Below, one piece after another: positions 9,591 to 22,667 of a stretch of 64,000 nt of DNA. The stretch lies in contig CP084167.1 in assembly GCA_021513715.1 (NCBI GenBank), positions 1,984,001 to 2,048,000 of the forward strand. The letters are read 5' to 3'. Numbering within the stretch: the stretch's first letter is position 1; each line of letters opens with the position of its first letter. Source of the DNA: Candidatus Heimdallarchaeum endolithica (GTDB lineage Archaea; Asgardarchaeota; Heimdallarchaeia; Heimdallarchaeales; Heimdallarchaeaceae). The translations under genes and the position numbers were made by a program. The notes under the pieces were generated by a model. It saw nothing but the letters and a program-made list of their open reading frames with translations, made no database searches and had not been told where the DNA came from.

Positions 9591-9692
9591 TAAGGAGACC
9601 TAAACAACAAGGTTTTTTAACTTGCAGAACACCCATCTAAAAATCTTATAAATATAAAATGTAAAAAAAAAATAAAAATGAAAGAAAGGAAA

Positions 9693-11603
9693 TTACCGTC
9701 TAGAGAGCAGAAAACCCACAATTCCAATTATAGCGACAAGAACTAATCCACCACCGACCCAAATCCAAACAGGAATTGGAGGTTTATACTCAATATTATT
9801 TTGGACTCTAGTTCCGCTAAAATCTGCAGTTTTTGCGTTAAAAGAAAATGAGTATAACCCCCCTTTCACGCTTTTTAACAGAATTTCACTTCCCCATCCG
9901 CCATATTTCTCCTCATTAAAAGTAAGATTATAGTAGTATATTCCTTTATCTCCAGTCAATATTAGTGTTACAAAATCAGCTCCATTAGCATTATAAATCT
10001 CAGTTTGATTATAAAATACAATATCTAAGTCACTTACCAGAAGTGTTCTTCCATCAAATGAGATCACTGGCTTATCTAATCTTAGTTTAAAATGTTCTAA
10101 GGTTTCTACTAGCACACTAGCTTGAGGACCTAAGCCAAATGGATCACCGTAAATAGTTGGATAATCCTCATCAACATATGCCAAGCAGAACAATATTTTC
10201 TTTACACTTTTTTCTGGTTCAACGTAAAATTTCTCTTCTGTTGTTTCATAAATTTCATAATCAACAAGTGTGTCATCTTTAGAAAAATATAAAGTTACAA
10301 CACCTAATCTTCTTTTTTCGTTATTAGTGATTCTAACATCCATAAATCTATTAAGTAGATTTATTTCAAATGTGTAAAAACCATAATATGGTACATCAAT
10401 CGTAGATGACAACTCAGTGTAAGTTTTTGATATTGGTTCGATGGTGAATGTAATATCTGTAAATCCAAACGTTCCATTAGCGAGGTCTGGTCTATCAATT
10501 AATAAAGCAACTTGCCAGTTATAAAAAAAGTCGTTAAAAGTTTCTCCTTTATCCTTTAATTCATCGTTTATTGATTCTTGTACAGGTCTAGTGTCATTAA
10601 CAAATTTTCTTATTATATCAGCTCCAAATTGCTCATAAATATAAAAAACAAAAAGATAAGCGCCACCATAATCAATTCGTACATCACGGTTTCCTTCAGA
10701 ATAATAGTTCCAATAAATCAAAGAATCATCAGATTGTTCTTTAAAGTAATTTTCACTCCAATAAGATACTCCATCATAATCTCCTGGCATTCGTCCAGTT
10801 ATATACTCTGAAAATACAGCACAACCTTCATCAAACCACCGCATTTCATCTTGATCATGATTGTAATGAATTAAATGTTGAAATTCGTGCGCTAAAGTGT
10901 CAGTGTAGTCAGCAATGCCACCAATAAATATCATTTCCCACTCATTAGACTTTAAATAAGAATAACCTTGTGCGTTTAGTTCTTCCTGTGTATGTTCATT
11001 AATTCCCCAGAAATATCCAGCATAGTCTGAGGGAAGGTAAGTATGAAGAATAATTAATCGACCATCTCCTATATTTCCTAAATTACCCTCCATATCTCCA
11101 AAAAAGTTATGTTCAATTGGATAAATTTTACTTTCAAATATGCTTTTTTCGCTGGTTATTAGATTATTTACACTATTTTTGCCATATTCATTAATCATAT
11201 CAACTTCTACAAAATAATATGCATGATCTGAAACAGCAATAACTTGTGCTTCTGCAATTCTAAAACTAATAGTATTACCCCCTTCGTCTACATAAAAATT
11301 CTTAGTGTCACCTACACTAAAAGAAGAAGTATAAGTTTTTGTTGCTTTTACCTCATGGCGAGAAATATGTTTGGTATTTTCAATGATTTCTTTTGGAACG
11401 CTATGAGTAATCACAAGTTCATTTTGAGATGAATCCTGAAAGTAATTTGTCACACTTTCTTCAAGCAGCTCATCAGTAATATCTTCTGTACTAGAATAAT
11501 AATTTGAATTCTCAAATAATGAATTTGACATAAAAAATTGTGAAAGAATAACAACAACAAATATTTTGGTTAACAAATAGTGTTTTTTAACAATTATTGC
11601 CAT
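9693..11603 (-). CDS. Secreted, C-terminally membrane-anchored zinc metallopeptidase (M30/hyicolysin-like)
   Basis: TLAHEFQHLIH followed by WFDEG; N-terminal hydrophobic segment and C-terminal TM helix ending in RR. Confidence 0.8.
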   Translation of the reverse strand: MAIIVKKHYLLTKIFVVVILSQFFMSNSLFENSNYYSSTEDITDELLEESVTNYFQDSSQNELVITHSVPKEIIENTKHISRHEVKATKTYTSSFSVGDTKNFYVDEGGNTISFRIAEAQVIAVSDHAYYFVEVDMINEYGKNSVNNLITSEKSIFESKIYPIEHNFFGDMEGNLGNIGDGRLIILHTYLPSDYAGYFWGINEHTQEELNAQGYSYLKSNEWEMIFIGGIADYTDTLAHEFQHLIHYNHDQDEMRWFDEGCAVFSEYITGRMPGDYDGVSYWSENYFKEQSDDSLIYWNYYSEGNRDVRIDYGGAYLFVFYIYEQFGADIIRKFVNDTRPVQESINDELKDKGETFNDFFYNWQVALLIDRPDLANGTFGFTDITFTIEPISKTYTELSSTIDVPYYGFYTFEINLLNRFMDVRITNNEKRRLGVVTLYFSKDDTLVDYEIYETTEEKFYVEPEKSVKKILFCLAYVDEDYPTIYGDPFGLGPQASVLVETLEHFKLRLDKPVISFDGRTLLVSDLDIVFYNQTEIYNANGADFVTLILTGDKGIYYYNLTFNEEKYGGWGSEILLKSVKGGLYSFSFNAKTADFSGTRVQNNIEYKPPIPVWIWVGGGLVLVAIIGIVGFLLSRR

Positions 11604-11794
11604 AACCCCTTTATCTTATTAAAATATATAAATTATTATATTTTTAAAATCAATCAGCATGCAGACAATAACCTAAAGGGACTAATTGATATTTTTATTG
11701 GTTAAAAATCAAAAGCTTTTTATCAATTAGTAAATCAAGACAATTAAAGTTATTACACTAGTGTAAAGATTCAAAGTTTTTTTGGAGAGTAGAA

Positions 11795-14482
<2,688 letters not shown>

Positions 14483-14492
14483 GGTGAAAAAA

Positions 14493-17261
14493 ATGGCAGA
14501 CTATCTTACAACAAGGCAAATTAGTAATAGATTAAGAAAATTGAGAGAAGAAGGGATTCCACAGACCATTGTTGATGAATTAAAAGAAGAATTGAAAGGA
14601 AAAAAAGTGACAAAAAAACAAATGGATCTTATAATAAAAGAAATAGGGAAAAGCTATGAATTTGCACAAATTGACCCCGGTAGCGCAGTAGGAACAGTGG
14701 CAGCCCAATCAATAGGGGAACCTGGAACGCAAATGAGCATTCCTGGTAACGAGAAAGTAGTTGTAAAAATTGGAAGTAAAACAAAAATTATAGAAATTGG
14801 GGAGTTTATTGATGAATTACTAGAGAAGAATGAAAGCTACTTAATAGAAAACGAAACACAGACTGTTGTTTATGATTTACCCAATAACAATAATATTTAT
14901 GTGCTAGGAATAAATAACAACGAGAAAATAATTTGGCAACGAATTTTACAAGTAAGTAGACATTTACCTAATGGAAACTTATTACGAATAAAAACAAGAA
15001 CTGGCAGAACAATTACTGCAACATTTTCTCACTCTTTTGTTATTAGAAAAAATAATGAAATTGTACCAATAAAAGGAAGAGAGTTGCAATTGGGAGACAG
15101 ATTACCTGTTGTTTTAACTATTCCAGCTATGTCTCCAATTACAGAGTTGGAAGTTAGTGAGTATTTGCCACAGGAAGTATTGCATAATTCAGATTTAACT
15201 ATAACAATACCAATGGGAGAAAAATGGGAAGGAGGTTCTGGTAATGATTATACTGTATCAGAAACACAAGAAGATTTGTGGAGACCTATAAAAACGGAGA
15301 AAATAGAAGATCTAGAAGAAAAGACTTTTTATCCTAGAATTTATCAGAATACTAAAATAGTTATCCCAGAGAAAATCCCTCTCACAAATGATTTTGGATG
15401 GTTTATTGGAGCATACTTAGCAGAAGGGAATAATACAGGTACAAGAATCTCCATTTCAAATATCAACCATAATTACCTTAAAAAAGTTGAAAAATTCGCT
15501 AATTGGCTAAATATTCCAACTGCAACAACAAGTAAAAATAGTGAATTTGGATCTATTTTTAGTGTCCACCTTAACTCAATGCTTCTTGCAAAATTAATGA
15601 AAAGAATGTGTGGAAAAACTCCAAAAAGCAAATTTGTTCCAGGATGGACAATAAATACAAAAACAGAATTTATTGAACAATTACTTCGAGGATATTTTGA
15701 TGGAAAGGGAAGCGTTAGTACAGAAAAAGGTGTAATTATAGCTCATTCTAAATCAAAAGAATTACGTGATGGGATATGTCTTTTACTATCAAGATTGGGA
15801 ATTTTTGCCAAAAAAAGTAATAAAGGAAATGAATACATACTATCCATTCCTAGAAAATATGCAAAAATATTCCATTCAAGAATTGGCTCAGACATTGATT
15901 ATAAGGAAAGATCTTTGCTTCAGCTTCTCGAAAGAGAGAAATCAAAAGAAAAGAGAGATGAGTCTACTGATTTGATACCTGGATTAGGATCCATCTTTGG
16001 AGATATAAAAGAAAAACTAGACTTACACTCAAAAGTAATTCCTAGAACAAGTAAAGGGAAAACTATCGAGAGACAAACATGTGGACAATATATCCAAATG
16101 TTTTCCGAAGTAGCTGAAAAGAAAGGAATTAACATAGATAATGAACTTTCAATCCTAAAACAAGCGTATAATAGCGACGTAATGTGGGATGAAATTGTAA
16201 GTTTAGAGAAAATCGATTCGCCTACACATTATGTTTATGATTTTGGTGTTTCAGAACTTGAAACATTTATGACTGCAGAGGGGATAATAACACATAATAC
16301 TCTACAAACTTTCCATTATTCTGGTGTTGCAGAAATGTCTGTTCTTCGAGGTTTACCTCGATTAATAGAAATTGTTGATGCTAGAAAAAATCCTAGTACA
16401 CCAACTATGAAAATTCACTTAGATAAAATCGGAGAAAAGGATGAACAAATAGCTAAACAAGTTGCAAGAAGAATTGAGCTAACCACAGTTAACAATGTTG
16501 CTACCAGTATAAAACACAGCTTTGCAGAAGGATGTATTAAGATTAAATTAGAACCAGTATTACTAGAGGATAAAGGTATTGAAACTGAAACTATTGTCAA
16601 AAAGATTCAGAAGAAGAGAAGACGTATTAAAGTAGAAACAGACCCTGACGATGAATATACCATCATTGTAACACCAACAAAAGAACTAAAGTTTAATGAA
16701 TTACCAAAACTAGCAGAAAAAGTAAAAGATATACCTATTAAGGGACTAAAAAATATTTCTAGAGTAGTGGTTCTTAAAAATAAACAAGGAGAGTATTATC
16801 TTCAAAGTGAAGGGAGCAATTTCAGCGAATTGTTAAGAATACCTGGAGTTGATCCAACCAGATGCTATAGCAGTGATATAAATCAGATTGCAGAAACTTT
16901 AGGGATTGAAGCAGCGAGAAATGCACTCATCCAAGAATCTTTAGCAGTTATGAAAGAACAAGGATTAGATGTAGATAAAAGGCATGTAATGCTTGTTGCA
17001 GATCTGATGACCTTGGTTGGAGAAGTACAACAAATAGGGCGACATGGTGTTTCAGGAAAGAAAAGTTCTGTTTTCGCTAGGGCAGCTTTTGAAGTAACTG
17101 TAAAACATTTGTTAGAAGCTGCAATTCATGGAGAACATGAACCTCTAGAGGGAATTACAGAAAATGTAATAATAGGACAAACAATTGCTTTAGGAACAGG
17201 AATCGTTGATCTTACCATGAGTCCAAATTATAGAGAATTCGCTAAAAAAGAGGAAAACTAA
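14493..17261 (+). CDS. rpoA2: RNA polymerase subunit A'' (Rpo1C) containing an intein
   Basis: AQSIGEPGTQM|...|TLQTFHYSG, GLPRLIEI, ARAAFE. Start at ATG 14493 after a GAGGTGA Shine-Dalgarno site. Confidence 0.97.
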   Translation: MADYLTTRQISNRLRKLREEGIPQTIVDELKEELKGKKVTKKQMDLIIKEIGKSYEFAQIDPGSAVGTVAAQSIGEPGTQMSIPGNEKVVVKIGSKTKIIEIGEFIDELLEKNESYLIENETQTVVYDLPNNNNIYVLGINNNEKIIWQRILQVSRHLPNGNLLRIKTRTGRTITATFSHSFVIRKNNEIVPIKGRELQLGDRLPVVLTIPAMSPITELEVSEYLPQEVLHNSDLTITIPMGEKWEGGSGNDYTVSETQEDLWRPIKTEKIEDLEEKTFYPRIYQNTKIVIPEKIPLTNDFGWFIGAYLAEGNNTGTRISISNINHNYLKKVEKFANWLNIPTATTSKNSEFGSIFSVHLNSMLLAKLMKRMCGKTPKSKFVPGWTINTKTEFIEQLLRGYFDGKGSVSTEKGVIIAHSKSKELRDGICLLLSRLGIFAKKSNKGNEYILSIPRKYAKIFHSRIGSDIDYKERSLLQLLEREKSKEKRDESTDLIPGLGSIFGDIKEKLDLHSKVIPRTSKGKTIERQTCGQYIQMFSEVAEKKGINIDNELSILKQAYNSDVMWDEIVSLEKIDSPTHYVYDFGVSELETFMTAEGIITHNTLQTFHYSGVAEMSVLRGLPRLIEIVDARKNPSTPTMKIHLDKIGEKDEQIAKQVARRIELTTVNNVATSIKHSFAEGCIKIKLEPVLLEDKGIETETIVKKIQKKRRRIKVETDPDDEYTIIVTPTKELKFNELPKLAEKVKDIPIKGLKNISRVVVLKNKQGEYYLQSEGSNFSELLRIPGVDPTRCYSSDINQIAETLGIEAARNALIQESLAVMKEQGLDVDKRHVMLVADLMTLVGEVQQIGRHGVSGKKSSVFARAAFEVTVKHLLEAAIHGEHEPLEGITENVIIGQTIALGTGIVDLTMSPNYREFAKKEEN
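14736..16298 (+). mobile_element. Intein (521 aa) with LAGLIDADG homing endonuclease domain in RpoA''
   Basis: Starts SIPGNE, block B TATFSHSF, ends VYDFGV...IITHN followed by +1 Thr. LAGLIDADG-like motifs FIGAYLAEG and LLRGYFDGKG. Confidence 0.95.
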
Positions 17262-17989
17262 TCCTTCCCTTTTTTTAAATTTTGAAAGTGAATATGTGTA
17301 GGAACATGAACAAGAATATAATCTTTAGCTAATTCACTCAACTTTTTTGCTTCAAACAGAGTTAAATGATAATCTTCTTTTTTTTCAATGAATGTTGCTT
17401 CTATTAGTGCAAGGTCAACACCTTTAACTAGGATTTTTAGTTGGTCAAAATAGCCTGTATCTCCAGTATATAAAATTGTTTCATCTTTTTTTGATATTTT
17501 ATATCCTACAGCACTCAGTTTTTTCCCTGGAGGGCTTAAAGAACTTCTATGCTGTACTAAGAAAGATGTTATAGTAAAAGGTTTAAATTTAAAAGATTTA
17601 TCTGTTGTTTCTACATAATTAATATCAAAGGTTTGATGCGCCGTATTATATTCTGTAAAAACATTAATCATATTTTTAAGGTTGGAGTTGTCAGGAGGAG
17701 AGATAATAGTTAGAGTTTCACTTCTGTTCACCAATCTAAAAATAGAAAGTAGTGAAAATATCCCTCCAACATGATCAAAATGGCCATGAGTTATCGCAAT
17801 AGTATTTATTTTCTCAAAAATACGCCCTGGTAATTCTAACAGATCTCTAACTATTCCATCACCAGCGTCAACTAAAAGAAAACTTTCTTCTTTCCTACTC
17901 TGTATAAGTATTTGTGATGCAACACCAGCAACAGAAAATAGAACCTTTACATTAAATTCTTTTCCAACCCAATCCCAATTAACACTCAT
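17258..17989 (-). CDS. Metallo-beta-lactamase-fold hydrolase (RNase Z-like)
   Basis: LVDAGDG, THGHFDH, YTGDT, IEATF, LVH motifs. Confidence 0.8.
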   Translation of the reverse strand: MSVNWDWVGKEFNVKVLFSVAGVASQILIQSRKEESFLLVDAGDGIVRDLLELPGRIFEKINTIAITHGHFDHVGGIFSLLSIFRLVNRSETLTIISPPDNSNLKNMINVFTEYNTAHQTFDINYVETTDKSFKFKPFTITSFLVQHRSSLSPPGKKLSAVGYKISKKDETILYTGDTGYFDQLKILVKGVDLALIEATFIEKKEDYHLTLFEAKKLSELAKDYILVHVPTHIHFQNLKKGKD

Positions 17990-18169
17990 AAAAAAAAGAA
18001 GACATTAATTCATATATACTTTTTTTATACTGTTTATTCAAAATATAATTACAATATCGATGTTTCACTTGCTATTACATTAAAAAAAGAGTATAATATT
18101 TAACAGTCTATATTTATCATAAAAGTTTTTTTAACAATATGTTTTTAAGAAGTATAAAATTAGTTTCTT

Positions 18170-18499
18170 GTGTCAATCTCTAATTTTCAAAAAAAGGTCG
18201 CATATATTGAAAAACAAATAGATGAAATTTCTACTATGGGAAACTACTGTATTGTAGGAGAAATAACAAAAATTGAAGACAATGGATTCCAATTATCTGA
18301 TGAAACAGGAGAAATTAAAGTAAAAGTTTCTGAAGGATCCGTCTATAAGGAGCTAGAAGAAGGAAATAAAGTTAGGATCTTTGGCAAAATAGAAAGTGAA
18401 CTGAAGATTATCAAAAGTGATATAATACAAAAACTTCATGATCTCGATTTAAATTTATACAGAAAAATGAGAATTATTGAAAAATCATTATTTGAGTAA
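18170..18499 (+). CDS. Small OB-fold protein (RPA small subunit-like)
   Basis: CIVGEI...FQLSDETGEIKV...VRIFGKI...LDLNLY resembles the RPA3/RPA14 pattern. Confidence 0.6.
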   Translation: MSISNFQKKVAYIEKQIDEISTMGNYCIVGEITKIEDNGFQLSDETGEIKVKVSEGSVYKELEEGNKVRIFGKIESELKIIKSDIIQKLHDLDLNLYRKMRIIEKSLFE

Positions 18500-18534
18500 A
18501 AAAGAAGTATGCTGAATTTCATACTAAACTTAAT

Positions 18535-19692
18535 TTAGAGATTATAATCAATATCTTCGTATTCGAGTTCTTCATTATCTATTTGTTCTAGATATTCCTC
18601 AGAAATTTCAATTTTAGATTGGTCTTTAAATTTACTATGTGTTTTCCATATATGAATGATAAGTTCGTCTAGCTCTTTTGTAAGCAAGTCAATATTTTTA
18701 TTTTCCTTTGTGGAAATTTCAAAAGATGTATTAAACTTAGATTTAGCATTTTCAATTTCTTCATCAGACAATAAATCAATTTTATTTAATACACAAATAA
18801 TTGGTACTTGTGGAAAATTAGTTTTAATGTCATTCAACAAATTGATCTGTTCATCTGGTTCAAGGCTAGCATTATATGACACATCAAAGAGAATAATAAT
18901 TATATCAGATATATATTTAATTGTGGAAATACTCTGAAGCTCGATAATATTTCTCTCACCAAATGGCCTATCTAATATTCCAGGAGTGTCAACGATCTGT
19001 GCCATTGTAAAGAATAGATTGCGATGCCCAAAAATGATTTTCTTTGTTGTAAACGGATATTCTCCAATTTCAGGTTTTCCTGTTGAGATAGATCTTACTA
19101 GTGAAGACTTACCAACATTTGGAGCTCCAGCGACTACAACTGATGGAATAGTCATATCAAAATCAGGAATTGTTTTAGCTTTTTTAGTAACACGAATCAA
19201 ATATCTAATATCTCCTTTAGCTTTTTTTACTAAAGATGCAAAACGTCCATAAGCAGATTGTCTAATTTTAGCTGTTTGCTGAGGGTGTGTTGTCTCTTTT
19301 AATTTTTTTAATTCTTCTTTTTCTATTTTCTTTATTTGTTCAGAAATACCTTTTAATCTCCCCAAAATTTGTTTTATTTTGGCAACATCTCCAAAAACAG
19401 CACAAAGTGAGATATAAAATGGATGCATATCTTCAATCCATGGAAATTGTGAAATAATCTTTTCTAATTGAGTACAAATATATAAAGATAAAGTAGAAAT
19501 ACGTTTAACCTCTAAAGCCGCTATTTTTTCTTCTCTAGATTTTTTTCTACTTCTCTTTTGTTTAAATTGAACAGCAGCTGCTTTATTAAAACCCATTTTT
19601 AAGATTTCATTAACTGGAGGGATATAACCTACACGTCGAAAGGGATTTCCTTGATAACGATCATATTGCTTTGTTCTTGACACTAAGTACAC
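18535..19692 (-). CDS. NOG1-family GTPase
   Basis: GAPNVGKSS, YPFTTK, DTPGILDRP, NKID; N-terminal HPFY. Confidence 0.92.
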   Translation of the reverse strand: MYLVSRTKQYDRYQGNPFRRVGYIPPVNEILKMGFNKAAAVQFKQKRSRKKSREEKIAALEVKRISTLSLYICTQLEKIISQFPWIEDMHPFYISLCAVFGDVAKIKQILGRLKGISEQIKKIEKEELKKLKETTHPQQTAKIRQSAYGRFASLVKKAKGDIRYLIRVTKKAKTIPDFDMTIPSVVVAGAPNVGKSSLVRSISTGKPEIGEYPFTTKKIIFGHRNLFFTMAQIVDTPGILDRPFGERNIIELQSISTIKYISDIIIILFDVSYNASLEPDEQINLLNDIKTNFPQVPIICVLNKIDLLSDEEIENAKSKFNTSFEISTKENKNIDLLTKELDELIIHIWKTHSKFKDQSKIEISEEYLEQIDNEELEYEDIDYNL

Positions 19693-20819
19693 CTTATTTG
19701 TTCTAAAATTTCTGGTTTGATAGGATGATCGAAGTATTTCTCCAGGTTTTTAATAACTTCTTTTCTCTTTAAAGTGAATTTATCTTGATATTCACAAACT
19801 AGGTTGTAAAGTTTTGGTTTACAGTCTTTTCCACATATTAATTTTCCATTTTTACATTGGGTTCTTATTTGCTCTAGCTCTTCATCATCCCTAATAAAGA
19901 AAGTTTCAAACCAGTTAAATACGGTACATTTTTCAGGAACCCCACCCAATTCTTTTTGCTCTTTTAATGTGTCTCGTCCACCAGTCAACGCACTCATAAT
20001 TTTCTTTTTTATTGTTTTCTTATCATCTCTTATGTATACACATGTTTCTGGAATTGATGATGACATTGGACCACCTGTTAGTCCTTTCAAATATTTTACA
20101 TAAATTGAGGCGGGAGCTGTAATTTTTCTTTTACCTGCAACATCCCTAGTTAGTCTCATATATACATCTTGATCTAGACCAATAGGTACAACTACAGGAA
20201 AATTGTAGTCAACGCTAGGTTGAAGGATATGAGCTGCTTGCACACAAGAATAGAAAACAGTTCCTGCATTTTCTTCTCCTGAAAAACCTAATGCGGCTTT
20301 AATTGAATTATAAGTAAGATTAACTGAAAAATCAAGGGCCAATCTGTATATTCTGGGGGTTTCACTTGATAAATAGCAATGAACATTGTCTGGTTCAAAA
20401 CCTAATGCAAAAATGTCTATTGCATTCTCAATTGCCAATTTATATGTTTCATTATTCAATGCTTTTAATTTCCTAAAAACATATTTTTCATCATCTGACA
20501 AAGGCATAAAAAACTTACATCCGAACTTTTTTTGCAATTCCAATATCAGCTCAAAAACAATAAGGTGGCCAATATGCAGATCATTTGACGGTCCACGACC
20601 ACTTATTATTGCCCAATCAAGACCATTTTTTGCACGTTCAAGAATTTTATTAAAATCTCTATGTGCAATTACAATTTTTCTTCTGAAAAAGAAAATATCT
20701 TGTTCTATTTCTGATTGAAGTTTATCTATTTCTTCAATCCCAAATTCTCGCATAATGTTTTCGTAATCAGTTCTTTTTCTAATATCATAGTTACTATTCT
20801 GTTTCACATTTATCACCAA
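19683..20819 (-). CDS. trpS: Tryptophanyl-tRNA synthetase
   Basis: GRGPS..LHIGH, SDDEK, GLDQD, PMSSS, ALTGG motifs. Confidence 0.95.
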   Translation of the reverse strand: MVINVKQNSNYDIRKRTDYENIMREFGIEEIDKLQSEIEQDIFFFRRKIVIAHRDFNKILERAKNGLDWAIISGRGPSNDLHIGHLIVFELILELQKKFGCKFFMPLSDDEKYVFRKLKALNNETYKLAIENAIDIFALGFEPDNVHCYLSSETPRIYRLALDFSVNLTYNSIKAALGFSGEENAGTVFYSCVQAAHILQPSVDYNFPVVVPIGLDQDVYMRLTRDVAGKRKITAPASIYVKYLKGLTGGPMSSSIPETCVYIRDDKKTIKKKIMSALTGGRDTLKEQKELGGVPEKCTVFNWFETFFIRDDEELEQIRTQCKNGKLICGKDCKPKLYNLVCEYQDKFTLKRKEVIKNLEKYFDHPIKPEILEQIRCT

Positions 20820-21051
20820 AAAACATCACTAAAAAACTTTGTTTTTTCATATAATGAAATAGATCACTGTTGTTCATAAACGCAAGTATGACTATTTGAA
20901 AAAAAATCGCCAACCCAAGTGACCACTCTCTTGTAGAAGGAAAAAAAACAATTATTTAAAAAGTTTATCTAGAATTTTTCATTCTTGAAAAAGGATTACT
21001 TAACACATAACTAAAAAAGAATATTTTTTTATGTAAAATGAATGTGATCAT

Positions 21052-22470
21052 ATGAAAAATTGGATTGAATTTTATATTTCTTCCCTTAAAGAACTTAAAC
21101 CAATAGTCCTTGAACAAGGTCATATTTTACTCGGTTTCAATGTTAATTTGGATAAAATAATAAAAATAAATCCAACTAATTTTCCCAACTATTTTTCCAA
21201 ATTTCAAGATTTAGAAAAAGGCACAAACAGCACTCTTAAAGAAAAAATAATTGAAAAAAAGGAAGATTTCTTCTACTCTATTGTAGATGCTATTGAAATG
21301 GGAAAAGCTGAGGAATATTTAATAAACAAAAAAATTCAGGAATGGATTGAAGCAAATTTTTATTTTGAAAAAACGTGTATTGGAGGACAAGCTGCAATTA
21401 TTGCAAATATATTAAGTGACTTTGGTTACAAAAACATTGTGTTAAATCTACCAGTAAAGGATGAACGCCTTAAGCATTTACTTAATGATGAGATAAGAAT
21501 TCCAATTAAAAACAATAGTAAAATTAAGATATTACCAACAACAAAAGTATCATTCAAAGGAAAATACAATATTGTTCACTATATTTTTGAATTTAGTTCA
21601 GGAAAGTATTCTCTAGGAAACAAAAAAATAATTTGCACTAGAGATAACAGATTCATAGCTTCTGCAGATACAATAAATTCGAGAATGATAACAGATAATG
21701 CATTTATAGAATGGAGTTACAAAAATGCAAAATCAGTTACAGCTGCGATTTTATCTGGTTTTCATCTACTACAAAGGAATGTTTTAAAAGAAAAAGGAAA
21801 TAAAAACAACTTGAATAATACAATAGAGCTAATAAATCAATTAAAAACAAATAATAAGCAAATAAAGATACACATAGAATTAGCATCATTTAACAATATT
21901 GAAACCTTAAATTTTGTAACTGAAAAAATATTTCCTATCATTGATTCTATTGGATTAAATGAACGAGAACTAATTATGCTTACAAAAATTTTTGATAACG
22001 AACTTTCTTCGAAAATGCAAAGTGGCAAAATAATTGACTATTACAAGGGATTATTTGAGATATTTAGGAGATTCCCGAATTTAAGAATCCATTTTCATTT
22101 TTTAGGTTATTACATTATTTTATCAAAACCTATTTCAGATAGGAAAATGATAATTAGGCGCTCTTCCCTAATTAAAGCGTCTATTAAAGCATTTCAGAAA
22201 GTTTCACCGTACCAAAATATACTACATATCAAAGAAAATATAAAAAATCTTATCTCACACAAAGGAATGAGTGAAATAAGATCATTAGAGGATTATATAG
22301 TTAAAAATTTTCAAGTTGAGAGAACACTTTTTGCCAAAGGATATTTAAACTCTAGAAAATTTACAATTGTTGCAGTACCTACTTTAATAGAAAAAAATCC
22401 TACACAACTTGTGGGATTGGGAGACACTATTTCATCCTTGTCATTTATTGAAGATCTTATTATCGACTGA
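21052..22470 (+). CDS. ADP-dependent glucokinase/phosphofructokinase family protein
   Basis: GFNVNLD, GGQAAI, NRFIAS, HIELAS, SIGLNEREL, VGLGDTISS motifs. Confidence 0.88.
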   Translation: MKNWIEFYISSLKELKPIVLEQGHILLGFNVNLDKIIKINPTNFPNYFSKFQDLEKGTNSTLKEKIIEKKEDFFYSIVDAIEMGKAEEYLINKKIQEWIEANFYFEKTCIGGQAAIIANILSDFGYKNIVLNLPVKDERLKHLLNDEIRIPIKNNSKIKILPTTKVSFKGKYNIVHYIFEFSSGKYSLGNKKIICTRDNRFIASADTINSRMITDNAFIEWSYKNAKSVTAAILSGFHLLQRNVLKEKGNKNNLNNTIELINQLKTNNKQIKIHIELASFNNIETLNFVTEKIFPIIDSIGLNERELIMLTKIFDNELSSKMQSGKIIDYYKGLFEIFRRFPNLRIHFHFLGYYIILSKPISDRKMIIRRSSLIKASIKAFQKVSPYQNILHIKENIKNLISHKGMSEIRSLEDYIVKNFQVERTLFAKGYLNSRKFTIVAVPTLIEKNPTQLVGLGDTISSLSFIEDLIID

Positions 22471-22479
22471 CATGACTTA

Positions 22480-22585
22480 TTTTTTGACGTAAATTCGTAA
22501 AAATTAAGGGAAAATTGAATGTAAAAAAGAGAAAGGAAAGAAGGAATAGGGAAGAAAGGAAATGAGGGTTTTTATAGGGAAAAAA
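22480..22585 (+). promoter_or_regulatory. Copy of the TnpB-element left end and promoter
   Basis: TTTTTTGACGTAAATT, a purine-rich tract, then GGGTTTTTATAGGGAAAAAA (22566-22585), identical over 20 bp to the reverse complement of 49277-49296. Confidence 0.6.
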
Positions 22586-22667
22586 CTATAAGTAAGATTA
22601 AGCAAATGCGAGACAACATGAAAGCCAGAAAATTTTTGCTCTTATATATATTACCAGAGTAGTATTA

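Noticed and set aside
9375-9630. RNase P RNA, SRP RNA, U3-like RNA or cobalamin riboswitch identity for the structured RNA
   Set aside because: Only isolated partial words match (GGGAAGTCC on the minus strand; AAGAC..TTTCAG, GGGATCA and GGAGACC on the plus strand). The required partner motifs and their order are missing.
9446-9640. 64-aa ORF
   Set aside because: Overlaps the structured RNA, has a GTG start and no recognisable motif.
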